From IMG/VR virus record IMGVR_UViG_3300029736_000004: a DNA stretch of 64,000 bases. The stretch is one strand, 5' to 3'. Both the position numbers and the translations under genes were made by a program. Position 1 is the first letter of the stretch, and each line of letters starts with the position of its first letter. A model generated the notes under the pieces. It was not told the DNA's origin and ran no database searches. It saw nothing but the letters and a program-made list of their open reading frames with translations. Source of the DNA: a virus. Lineage: Duplodnaviria > Heunggongvirae > Uroviricota > Caudoviricetes. Positions 48,479 to 56,879 of the stretch are shown in pieces.

Positions 48479-49687
48479 ATGAGTCAGCAAGTAGAATCAT
48501 CAAGCCTGGAGATCATCTCAACCGCAATTGAAACGCTGCGGACACAAATCGCGCTTATACAGAAACGAAATCCGGGCGATGACCTGTCAAAGCGACTGCA
48601 TGAGAGCGTCATTGCCACTACAGATAACCTGGTGGCGGAAATCAACCAGCTCCTTGATGATGGGGCAGTTGATTACAATAAGCTGGTGGATCAGTTTGAG
48701 GAGTATCAGCAAGCCGTTAATGATGGCTTGATCCGTTTTTCTCAAGTCACTGGTGTATCAGCGACAGTTGAAAGCCTGGGGGATGCAGTTAATCAATTTG
48801 CCGCGAATATGCGTAATGAGATCGGCAATCTGGAGGCGCGTCTTGAGCAGGCAAATACACTGCGCAAATCTGCTGAAGTCGATTTGAGTCGTTACAAAAA
48901 AGACTATCCGCCAAGCCTGACAAAACGACTGGATGTTGCGGAGAAAGATAACCGCACGCTGAAAAGAGAGCGTCGCGAACTAAAAGAGCGTTTAACCAAG
49001 CTAAATCAGCAATGCGTTGAGTATCAAGGCGAACTCGTCACACTGCGTAAAAAGTTAGCAGCGGCGCAGAGCATTATTGAAACATTGAAACGAGAGTGCT
49101 CAGAGCTTGGTCATGATCTGAATCGCGCCTGTGGCATGGGGCAAAGGCCAGAGACATTCCCGCTAATGTATGACGGAAGAGAAGCTATTGCCTATATCCA
49201 TGAGTTTCCGCATGGTCTGGTCGCGGAGACTGGGCAACGTGGCGAAGCGTTGCTGACGGCAAATTACCATCAGCAAATCAGAACCAGCCGCCTGCTGACG
49301 ATGGATGTGATCCCGTCAGTATGGGGAACGCCGCTTTACTACCGAATTCCTGGCTTCGAAACTGACTGGAATACCGACATAGACGAATGTCTGGCAGATA
49401 AAATTATGGCGTACCTTGAAACGGATTTTCCACGCTTGCATCGCCGGATTATGGACTCTAAGGATGCACCGATCGACGAATTGAAAATGCGTCCAGAGAC
49501 GTTGGAGGCAATCAAGCAGACTGAGTTTGATACAGTGTTCAGTGTGGCCTGCATTCCAAGCAGCTTTCATGAAAGCATTCCGTTCATGCAGGGCGATCGC
49601 CGTCAGGAAATAATTGATGCTTGCCGGGTATGGGCGAACGAGTGGGATAAGAAGAACGGTGGAGTTGAAAATCTTTACGGGAAATAA
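48479..49687 (+). CDS. hypothetical coiled-coil protein
   Basis: 402 aa; N-terminal half predicted coiled coil, C-terminal globular part. Confidence 0.45.
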   Translation: MSQQVESSSLEIISTAIETLRTQIALIQKRNPGDDLSKRLHESVIATTDNLVAEINQLLDDGAVDYNKLVDQFEEYQQAVNDGLIRFSQVTGVSATVESLGDAVNQFAANMRNEIGNLEARLEQANTLRKSAEVDLSRYKKDYPPSLTKRLDVAEKDNRTLKRERRELKERLTKLNQQCVEYQGELVTLRKKLAAAQSIIETLKRECSELGHDLNRACGMGQRPETFPLMYDGREAIAYIHEFPHGLVAETGQRGEALLTANYHQQIRTSRLLTMDVIPSVWGTPLYYRIPGFETDWNTDIDECLADKIMAYLETDFPRLHRRIMDSKDAPIDELKMRPETLEAIKQTEFDTVFSVACIPSSFHESIPFMQGDRRQEIIDACRVWANEWDKKNGGVENLYGK

Positions 49688-49688
49688 T

Positions 49689-49720
49689 ATGTTAGAAAAT
49701 TAAAATTGTTTTTCTAACAT
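49689..49720. promoter_or_regulatory. operator-like perfect palindrome
   Basis: ATGTTAGAAAATTAAAATTGTTTTTCTAACAT; another site TGTTAGAAAGTAAA at 49840-49853. Confidence 0.5.
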
Positions 49721-50548
49721 ATTGATTATGGGGTTAACTTAACATAGAATTTTTCGTGCTGGTGGGGAGCTTCCCATGTCGCTTGCGGGTTTGATAGTCA
49801 CTTCATTGTCTTTCCCCACCAGCATCAAACAAATTTAAGTGTTAGAAAGTAAATTTTAAGGTAAGGGAAAGCTCCGGCACCGTGCAAATACATGCCCGGC
49901 AGGTTTAGTGCGTAAAGTGGCTTCAGCGAGAGCATTTTACGGAGTAAACGACAGTGACTTGAGCCACGGAAGGTCTTTTTATGGTGTTCATTGATGATGA
50001 TCTGGCAGTGAGTATGTTAAGTGGGCCAGGCTGCATCGGGTCATCATCAGTGCACATCCTCAACGTTAAGGAGGCGCAGAGTTGGGTTTTCCTCTTATTT
50101 TGCTGACTCTGAGTCTCCTTAACGTTGCGGTAATGCACCTATGCGGATGTGGCCTTGCATTGTGTCTTGAAAGAATGGGGTAAGGCCGGGGATATCCCCA
50201 GGGGGAGGCACCCCCGCTGCAACGAACAGCCACAGACGGCAGTCGAGTGATGGAAACGTGCAAAGACTTTAAACCTCGTTACGGCTGGCGTGGCAAACGC
50301 GACAACCGAGACAGAGCGGTGACGGGCGGAGAGAGAGCCGCTTCAAGATAAAAGCCGACTATGGATTCCTTTCTGCGGGCCTTTGAAAGTGAATCTTGCT
50401 CAGGCAGTCGGCTTTTATGTTGATACGTAGCGATAGCCGCGACAGGCGCGGCGGCAAGTATGGCGGGGTAGTGACTCCTTCCCCCTTATGACGCCGATTT
50501 GCCAGGCTGGCCATACGCCTAAGTGGCAATACCGCGAGTGGGATATTT

Positions 50549-50574
50549 GCCCACCTTCGGGTGGGTGTTTTTTC
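50549..50574 (+). terminator. rho-independent terminator inside non-coding region
   Basis: GCCCACC-TTCG-GGTGGGT followed by GTTTTTTC. Confidence 0.6.
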
Positions 50575-51034
50575 AGGGTTTTCGTCATGGTTAGCGACTT
50601 TGCGGCGGTTTAGAACCCGACCATTAAAGTAAATGCAAACGATGATCTGATGATGGTAGCGGCCTAAGAAGCCTGACGCCACGGGGTATGAGTCGTCCCC
50701 CGTCAAAAAATCGACCGCAGAGTGTCCCCGTCTGTGTATTAGGGAACGGGGAGGCATAACAGGCAAGGGCGCTGGTGTGATTAACCAGATGAATGAGAAG
50801 GGTCAGGTCTTTCTGGTCAGCGCCCTTACCTGTTACGTCCTTACCGCGTAACAGCCATTGGTTAATGGCTTTCTGGAATAATGTCTTGTAACGGGTATAT
50901 CCCGTCATGCTGAAGGCGCTAATCACGCTGGAAGCCAGGGTTATGCATCCCCTGTTACCGAATTGCAGCCAGGGCGCGGTGCGCCGAAAAGCATACGGAG
51001 GTGGAAGCCCTCGCCGGAGACGTACCCGGCAAGT

Positions 51035-51111
51035 GATGGTGTAGCTCAGTAGGATAGAGCAGCAGCCTTCTAAGCTGTCGGTCGGTGGTTCGAATCCACC
51101 CACCATCGCCA
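51035..51111 (+). tRNA. tRNA-Arg (anticodon TCT)
   Basis: Cloverleaf: acceptor GATGGTG/CACCATC, D-arm TAGCTCAGTAGGATAGAGC, anticodon loop CTTCTAA, T-arm GGTGGTTCGAATCCACC, CCA end. Confidence 0.85.
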
Positions 51112-51116
51112 ATTTA

Positions 51117-51203
51117 GGGGAGTTAGTCCGTAGGGGTAGCGGGGTAGACTGTAAATCTACTGTCATTGCGACTCGGATGGTTCGACTCCATCACTCCCCA
51201 CCA
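51117..51203 (+). tRNA. tRNA-Tyr (anticodon GTA)
   Basis: Acceptor GGGGAGT/ACTCCCC, anticodon stem-loop GTAGA-CTGTAAA-TCTAC, long variable arm, T-loop TTCGACT, CCA. Confidence 0.8.
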
Positions 51204-51207
51204 AATT

Positions 51208-51283
51208 GCCGGTTTAGCTCAGTTGGTAGAGCAGTCGCTTTGTAAGCGAATGGTCAGCGGTTCGATCCCGTTAACCGGCACCA
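51208..51283 (+). tRNA. tRNA-Thr (anticodon TGT)
   Basis: Acceptor GCCGGTT/AACCGGC, D-arm GCTCAGTTGGTAGAGC, anticodon loop TTTGTAA, T-loop TTCGATC, CCA. Confidence 0.8.
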
Positions 51284-51296
51284 ACACAACAGGTAA

Positions 51297-51361
51297 GGGT
51301 ATTTTGCGACATCGGAGATCGCCGAGCTTGGCAGAGGGTTCGAATCCCTACGAAGTACCCT
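51297..51361 (+). other. tRNA-like element lacking a canonical anticodon arm (possible degenerate tRNA)
   Basis: Acceptor-like GGGTATT/AGTACCC, D-arm-like GCGA...TCGC, T-arm GAGGGTTCGAATCCCTA, but only 11 nt between D and T arms; extended outer stem CACAACAGGTAAGGG/CCCTTGCCGTTGTG. Confidence 0.25.
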
Positions 51362-51471
51362 TGCCGTTGTGATGAATGCACAGGCTGATGTGCCGCAACT
51401 ACAGTAGTGCGCGCTTTGCGGGGCTTGCTACAACCCTGTGTCGGAGTTCAGCACCGACCATCACAATCACT

Positions 51472-51558
51472 GGAGAGTAGGGAGCATGGTGCTCAAGCGG
51501 TCTTGAAAACCGTCCCATTGCGCAAGCGATGATGGTTCGATTCCATTACTCTCCGCCA
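51472..51558 (+). tRNA. tRNA-Ser (anticodon TGA)
   Basis: Acceptor GGAGAGT/ACTCTCC, anticodon stem-loop GCGGT-CTTGAAA-ACCGT, long variable arm, T-arm GATGGTTCGATTCCATT, CCA. Confidence 0.8.
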
Positions 51559-51849
51559 GCGCAACGTTAAGAGTATTTGGCTAATTAAGCGAATGCCGGA
51601 AGCAGAACCGGATCACCAAATGCGTACAGGCGTCATCGCCGCCCAGTCAGCCAAATGCTCTTACCATTGCGGTGAATGCGGCTAAGCGCACGCGGAACAG
51701 TTAAAACAGTAAAGGTGGTCTTTTTACTGGCGTAACGAGCATCCATAAGTGATCCGGCGTTAATTGTTAACTGGTTAACGTCACCGGGAGGCACCCGGCA
51801 CCGCAACCTAACAGCAATGGCGTTTTGTCTTAAAAGGTGGCTGCAAGTG

Positions 51850-51978
51850 ATGGATTTTTGGGCGTTTGCCGATAAAAACCCGGAGTGGACATTATTGTTT
51901 CTGCTGGTGGTTGCATACGGGGTAGAGCAAGCGGCAAAAGCCTTACGCGGTTCTGGCAAAAAGCGTAAGCGTAATTAA
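51850..51978 (+). CDS. small hydrophobic ORF (42 aa) between tRNA genes
   Basis: MDFWAFADKNPEWTLLFLLVVAYGVEQAAKALRGSGKKRKRN; not in the ORF track (under 60 aa); AAAGGTGG upstream. Confidence 0.25.
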   Translation: MDFWAFADKNPEWTLLFLLVVAYGVEQAAKALRGSGKKRKRN

Positions 51979-51987
51979 CAGTAATCT

Positions 51988-52063
51988 GGCCCTTTAGCTC
52001 AGTGGTTAGAGCGGGCGACTCATAATCGCACGGTCACCGGTTCAAGTCCGGTAGGGGCCACCA
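51988..52063 (+). tRNA. tRNA-Ile2-like (anticodon CAT; Met not excluded)
   Basis: GGCCCTTTAGCTCAGTGGTTAGAGCGGGCGACTCATAATCGC...GGTTCAAGTCCGGTAGGGGCCACCA closely resembles E. coli ileX-type tRNA (recalled). Confidence 0.8.
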
Positions 52064-52517
52064 CATTTGGTTGTAACACGGCGTATGGCACATGCGTCGT
52101 TAGCGGTCTGGTGTAGCTGTTAGGTGCCTTACTAACACTGCATGGGCACACCAGGTAGCCGGAATGTGCAAGTCACCGTTGGAGGGATAGCGGACTCAGG
52201 GACTCACCATCCTGGCGATTCGGTGTGACAGCCGGAATAGCACGGCGTACAACAGGAAAAGGTGTTTAATTAATACGAGCGCCTTCTCCGTTGTGGTAAT
52301 TGCGGCTATGCGCTCGTGACGAAGCCATTTTCATTCACTACGTTCTGATAAGTGTCGTCGCCGGGCGTGGCTAACCTGGCAGGTGGAGGCACCACCGCCA
52401 CAACTCCTTTCAATTCATCATATAGCCGCTCAGGCTGTAACCCTTAATTAATACGAAGTTACGACGTCACTACCGGTTCAGCCGGGGGATAGTCGCGCGT
52501 GTAAAAAAGGAGACGTT

Positions 52518-53093
52518 ATGTTAACGGCGAACGATAACGCGTATTCAGAAGATGATCTCGTTTTGAGTGACTTTATAGGGCGACGAGAATGCTGGACGCA
52601 AAAGCGCGAGGAGCTTTATGCAGCGTTAGTTCGTAAAGGCGTCAACATCGAAACCGCACAGAACGGTGATATGACAGTGGTAAGTGTTGGACTGCACGGC
52701 GTAAGCGTGTCAGCAATCAATCATGAGCCGTACATTGCGTTATCCGAGTCAATGGTAAGGTTAGTTAAGTTCCTGAAGTACACAGAAGCGAATAACGTGC
52801 TCATCGCCAAAAAGAACATCCCGTTCTCATCGGCCTTTTACTGGATGATGAAGGGGCTTGATGCCCGGCGAACATCATGGCCTAAAGGGAGCTATATATC
52901 GATGCTCCGTGGCAGTGTTGGCAGCAAAGAAAAGCTCGTCGAATTCCTGCCGGAAGAGGCATTCGATATTGTTGAAGGTTGTGATGTGATGGTTATGCCT
53001 CGCCTGGTAATGATGAATGGGGATTTACAGGCACAGACAGACTGGTTTGCAACTGGTGTTGATATTATCGCTACTGACTGGGAGGTTTTTTGA
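52518..53093 (+). CDS. hypothetical protein with C-terminal W-domain (FYWMMKGLDARRTSW ... TDWEVF)
   Basis: 191 aa; GGAGAC SD; same signature as 38776, 47861 and 60733 proteins. Confidence 0.45.
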   Translation: MLTANDNAYSEDDLVLSDFIGRRECWTQKREELYAALVRKGVNIETAQNGDMTVVSVGLHGVSVSAINHEPYIALSESMVRLVKFLKYTEANNVLIAKKNIPFSSAFYWMMKGLDARRTSWPKGSYISMLRGSVGSKEKLVEFLPEEAFDIVEGCDVMVMPRLVMMNGDLQAQTDWFATGVDIIATDWEVF

Positions 53094-53473
53094 TGTACGA
53101 GGCTACTAAATTACGCATTGAGGATGCGATGCACATTGGTTGGGACATCATCACCTGCAAGATAACATCATGCAAGGCTACACGCACAGACGCCGGACAC
53201 AAGAGCACAATATCAGGTTATGTCGTGATGTCAGTCAGGAGTGTGCGCATACGCTTCAGATGGAAAGCCTGCCAGGTTACATCATCAATGCCGCTTACCG
53301 TCGAGCAGGATTACTTATGCTTACCTGAAATAGACGGAGCGTTGCTGGTGGGTAATAGTGGTCGAAAAGCCGATTTTGAAGCCAGTCTGAAGATGGCCCA
53401 GACGGTGATCAACAAACATAAAGGGAAGTGGGAGGCAAAAGTTAAGCATGTTGTTCGTTTATCCCGCTGGTAG
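53090..53473 (+). CDS. hypothetical protein
   Basis: 127-aa ORF overlapping upstream stop. Confidence 0.4.
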   Translation: MMYEATKLRIEDAMHIGWDIITCKITSCKATRTDAGHKSTISGYVVMSVRSVRIRFRWKACQVTSSMPLTVEQDYLCLPEIDGALLVGNSGRKADFEASLKMAQTVINKHKGKWEAKVKHVVRLSRW

Positions 53474-53505
53474 TGTTAGTAAATTAATATTAATTTTCTA
53501 ATACA
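53474..53505. promoter_or_regulatory. operator-like inverted pair upstream of Lpa-like gene
   Basis: TGTTAGTAAATTAATATTAATTTTCTAATACA. Confidence 0.45.
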
Positions 53506-53580
53506 TCATGTTTTTGACAGTCTTCTCAGTATTAACAAGCTGATTATCATCCCCTCGGTCTTTTTCTATCCGGGGGATAA

Positions 53581-53973
53581 ATGGAGCAAATCAGTAGCGC
53601 CGAAATAGCGGATATCATGATCAGGGCTGACTGCTATCTGACGGTCACCGAAATCACCAGCCGTGCAAAAGCACAATATCCTCACCTTCATGTGTCGCGC
53701 GTAAACGTAAATAACATCATACGTTTTTTTGTTCGTTCCAGTCGTGCCATTTGCGAAATAGACGACCGCGTATACCCCCGGAAATATTGGTTACATGGCC
53801 TGAATGGATACCAGTTCAAGGTGCGCGGGCGCACTCCTGAATTCGGTCGGCTGTTGGTGAAAAACACCAACCGAAAGATAGAAGCTCAATTACGAAAGGA
53901 GCAGCGTCAGTTGGTGGCGATGACTAACCAGCTATGGAACGCCGCTGTGAAAAAACGTGAGGCTTCCCTATGA
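53581..53973 (+). CDS. putative late-gene activator (Lpa-like, by position)
   Basis: 130 aa immediately upstream of pacA with an operator-like palindrome in its promoter region; no motif-level support. Confidence 0.3.
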   Translation: MEQISSAEIADIMIRADCYLTVTEITSRAKAQYPHLHVSRVNVNNIIRFFVRSSRAICEIDDRVYPRKYWLHGLNGYQFKVRGRTPEFGRLLVKNTNRKIEAQLRKEQRQLVAMTNQLWNAAVKKREASL

Positions 53974-55334
53974 CGTTAATTAACTGGGAAGCGCATCGAG
54001 CTAAGTTCCTGGAGTTAAGAGAAGAAACCGGGATCACCATAAAAGAATATTGCGAGCAGCATGACCTCAGCTTTAACACCGCCAGAAAGCATCTCAATAT
54101 GAAAAAAAATGAGGTTAAGGCGAAAGCAAAGGCTGCCGGGAAAAGTACAAAACAGCGCGCAAAAAGCAGCGCCACCGGCTCAAAAAAAGAGCAAAAAAAG
54201 GCTGATAAAAGCACAGAATTTACAAAAACTGACAAATCGTTAGCTGGTGGACGGTTCCGCGCCATGCCGCAAAAACAAAATGCGGATCACAAAGAAAAGC
54301 CAAGTAATAACAACAAGATACACAAGGATGTGAAGGGATCATTTTGTGATGAAATGGGAGAAATGATCCCTAAAAGCAGCGAAAAAGCCCAACGAAACAA
54401 GGGATCATTGCAAATGATCCCTGACTCATCAGCTCAAAGCGCCACTTTGCCTGCCACCAACGTCGCCCGTGAGATGATGAAGAACGGCGCGACTGAACAT
54501 TTACGACTTGCGATACAGATGGCGCAGGAACGAGCAATTCAGTATCAGGCCATCGTTGACCAGGAAGCGGAGCGACTACAGGAAGAGATTGACGCCCTCG
54601 GCGATACACAGCCAGAGGGGATGCACCCAGGGCAGCGTCTTCTCGGCCTAATAAGCGATGCGGCCTACTACATGAATGACTTTATCAGTAGGTTGGCAGC
54701 CATCTACCAGACCGAGCAGAAGCTACGCCAGGGGGATGAAAAACTTGCGCAGGGCGCGCGTCAGCAGGCATTCAGGGAGGCTGAGGCCAGAGAAAAACTG
54801 GCGATTGCCCGCCTGCAGGCCGAGCAGCGTGGCAAGGAGATTGAGTATCGCATTGGCGCTGACGCACGCGCCGCCAGGGTTATCGCCGCCGCTATACGTA
54901 TGCGTGAGCGCGAGGAGCTGGACGATATAGGCGTAGCTGAATATATCGAGCGGCAGGGCGTCAGTGTCCCAGCTATCCTGGCGGCACGAGCGGCAAAAGC
55001 GATCTCACTTCTGGAGCCTCCGGTTTCTGACGTTAACGATGTTGATGATGAGCAACTGGATAAAGAGGCGAAGCAGTTTGCCGAGCAACAAGCTGGACTA
55101 CCACAATGGCTTGCACAACGCCGGGCTGAAGTAGCGAAAATCGTTGATAGGCTTGGGATGGGGGATTACGACCGGAACGGAGAACGTAAAGCCGGTGAAT
55201 TTGAGGCCAATGATGAAGACCTGAATATAGACCCTTCCGCCACGGCTGATATCTACGGTGATTATGACGCGGGGGATACCGGTTTTGATGCTGTAGATGA
55301 CGAGATTGTGATAGACCAGCCGGAGGATGACTAA
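53970..55334 (+). CDS. pacA: terminase small subunit (PacA-like)
   Basis: 454 aa directly upstream of the large terminase; N-terminal HTH-like region, Lys-rich linker, internal GATC-hexamer cluster. Confidence 0.6.
   Translation: MTLINWEAHRAKFLELREETGITIKEYCEQHDLSFNTARKHLNMKKNEVKAKAKAAGKSTKQRAKSSATGSKKEQKKADKSTEFTKTDKSLAGGRFRAMPQKQNADHKEKPSNNNKIHKDVKGSFCDEMGEMIPKSSEKAQRNKGSLQMIPDSSAQSATLPATNVAREMMKNGATEHLRLAIQMAQERAIQYQAIVDQEAERLQEEIDALGDTQPEGMHPGQRLLGLISDAAYYMNDFISRLAAIYQTEQKLRQGDEKLAQGARQQAFREAEAREKLAIARLQAEQRGKEIEYRIGADARAARVIAAAIRMREREELDDIGVAEYIERQGVSVPAILAARAAKAISLLEPPVSDVNDVDDEQLDKEAKQFAEQQAGLPQWLAQRRAEVAKIVDRLGMGDYDRNGERKAGEFEANDEDLNIDPSATADIYGDYDAGDTGFDAVDDEIVIDQPEDD
54333..54422. 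other. pac-like site: four GATC hexamers as two inverted pairs inside pacA
   Basis: GGGATCATT...AAATGATCCC at 54335-54370 and again at 54401-54420; GATC at 54337, 54365, 54403, 54416. Confidence 0.45.
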
Positions 55335-56842
55335 TGGCTGGTGGTCGTAAGATTAAGTGCGTCACCAGTGATCCACGTTGGCGCGATATGGTTATCAGGT
55401 ATCGATACAACTTTACCCAGGCGGTTGTCGATATTTTTGGGATGTTCCCCTCCCATCAGCAGCAGCAGATCATTCAGTCAGTGCAGGAGACGGGGAGCAG
55501 GACGACCGTTACGTCCGGACACGGAACGGGTAAGTCATCCCTTACCGCGATGTTGCTACTAATTTTTATGATCCTGTTCCCCGACGCCCGCGTCATTATT
55601 GTTGCGAACAAAATAGGCCAGGTAAAAACAGGCGTATTCAAATACGTGAAACAGTTTTGGGCGAATGCTGTTAAGCGCCACGGCTGGTTACAGACCTATT
55701 TTGTCCTGTCTGACACCATGTTTTATGAGCGTTCCCGTAAAGGGATATGGGAAGTGCTCTGTAAAGGTTATCGACTCGGTAACGAAGAGGCACTGGCGGG
55801 GGAGCACGCGGAGCATTTACTGCTAATCCTTGATGAAGCATCGGGCATATCCGATAAGGCGATTAACGTCATGACGGGGGCGTTAACGCAGAAAGATAAC
55901 CGTATGCTCATGCTTTCCCAGCCTACGCGTCCAAGCGGTTACTTTTATGAATCCCACCATTCAAGGGCAAAGGCAGAAGGCAATCCGGAAGGAGTCTGGA
56001 CGGCAATAGTCCTTAACTCTGAAGAATCTCCATTCGTTGAACCGAGCTTTATTCGTGAGAAATTGCTGGAGTACGGCGGCAGGGATTCGCTGGAGTACAT
56101 GGTTAAGGTGCTGGGCCAGTTCCCGCGTGCAATTAACGGGTATTTGCTTGGTCGTGATGAGTGCGACCGCGCCGCACGGCGTAAAGTGTTGCTGGAGAAA
56201 GATTGGGGCTGGGTAGCGACCGCTGACGTCGGTAATGGTCGCGACAAATCGGTGCTCAATATATGCAAAGTATCCGGTTATCGTGAGAAACGACGCGTTG
56301 TGAACTTTAAGATACTGGAGATGCCAGGCACTATGGACCCGTTGGCTTTTGCCGACTTTATCTATAACGAATGCACTCCTGATAAATACCCGAACATCAC
56401 CATTGCTGTGGATGCTGATGGCTTTGGTTCAGATACGTGTGCGCAGCTTGTCCGCCGTGGTGCTAATCCCGTTCGCATCCGTTGGGGTAAGCCTATGTTT
56501 GCGCTAAGAGACAGAGAACGCTTTGTCAATCAGCGTGCTTACGCCAATATTATGGCAGGGGATGCCATTAAATCAGGGCGTATGCGTATCGATAGTGACC
56601 CCAAAACCGCAGATCAGGCATCAAAAATCCCGTATATGCTTAACGAAGAAGGGAAGGTAGCGATGATGCGCAAGGAGCACATGCGGCAGAAGTTAAACAT
56701 CAAGTCGCCGGACAGATGGGATACCTACTGCTTCACTATGCTGGTGGATTACGTGCCTGCTAATGAAGACATTGGCGCAGAACTCGCAACATTCCGCGAT
56801 CAGGTGTTGGCAGAAGTGGATATTCCTGATATTGACATTTAA
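55334..56842 (+). CDS. pacB: terminase large subunit (PacB-like)
   Basis: Walker A SGHGTGKS, Walker B LLLILDEA, C-terminal nuclease-like acidic residues; GGAGGA SD. Confidence 0.75.
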   Translation: MAGGRKIKCVTSDPRWRDMVIRYRYNFTQAVVDIFGMFPSHQQQQIIQSVQETGSRTTVTSGHGTGKSSLTAMLLLIFMILFPDARVIIVANKIGQVKTGVFKYVKQFWANAVKRHGWLQTYFVLSDTMFYERSRKGIWEVLCKGYRLGNEEALAGEHAEHLLLILDEASGISDKAINVMTGALTQKDNRMLMLSQPTRPSGYFYESHHSRAKAEGNPEGVWTAIVLNSEESPFVEPSFIREKLLEYGGRDSLEYMVKVLGQFPRAINGYLLGRDECDRAARRKVLLEKDWGWVATADVGNGRDKSVLNICKVSGYREKRRVVNFKILEMPGTMDPLAFADFIYNECTPDKYPNITIAVDADGFGSDTCAQLVRRGANPVRIRWGKPMFALRDRERFVNQRAYANIMAGDAIKSGRMRIDSDPKTADQASKIPYMLNEEGKVAMMRKEHMRQKLNIKSPDRWDTYCFTMLVDYVPANEDIGAELATFRDQVLAEVDIPDIDI

Positions 56843-56843
56843 A

Positions 56844-56870
56844 AGCCCCGGCGATTCGGGGCTTGTGGGT
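56844..56870 (+). terminator. terminator-like hairpin between convergent pacB and c1 candidate
   Basis: AGCCCCG-GCGATT-CGGGGCT hairpin. Confidence 0.4.
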
Positions 56871-56879
56871 GGTTTGCGA

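Noticed and set aside
50624-51166. 180-aa minus-strand ORF (and 50359-50766, 49923-50263)
   Set aside because: Overlaps the tRNA-Arg and tRNA-Tyr genes in antisense (MVGGFEPPTD is the classic antisense-tRNA translation) and sits in a GC-rich structured region; taken as non-coding.
52450-52462. AATACGAAGTTAC resembling one loxP arm (TATACGAAGTTAT)
   Set aside because: Only a single 13-mer with 11/13 identity and no inverted partner at 8-bp spacing; this element uses a rox-like site, so it is most likely chance. A second TTAATTAATACGA copy at 52268 makes it a short local repeat rather than a lox site.
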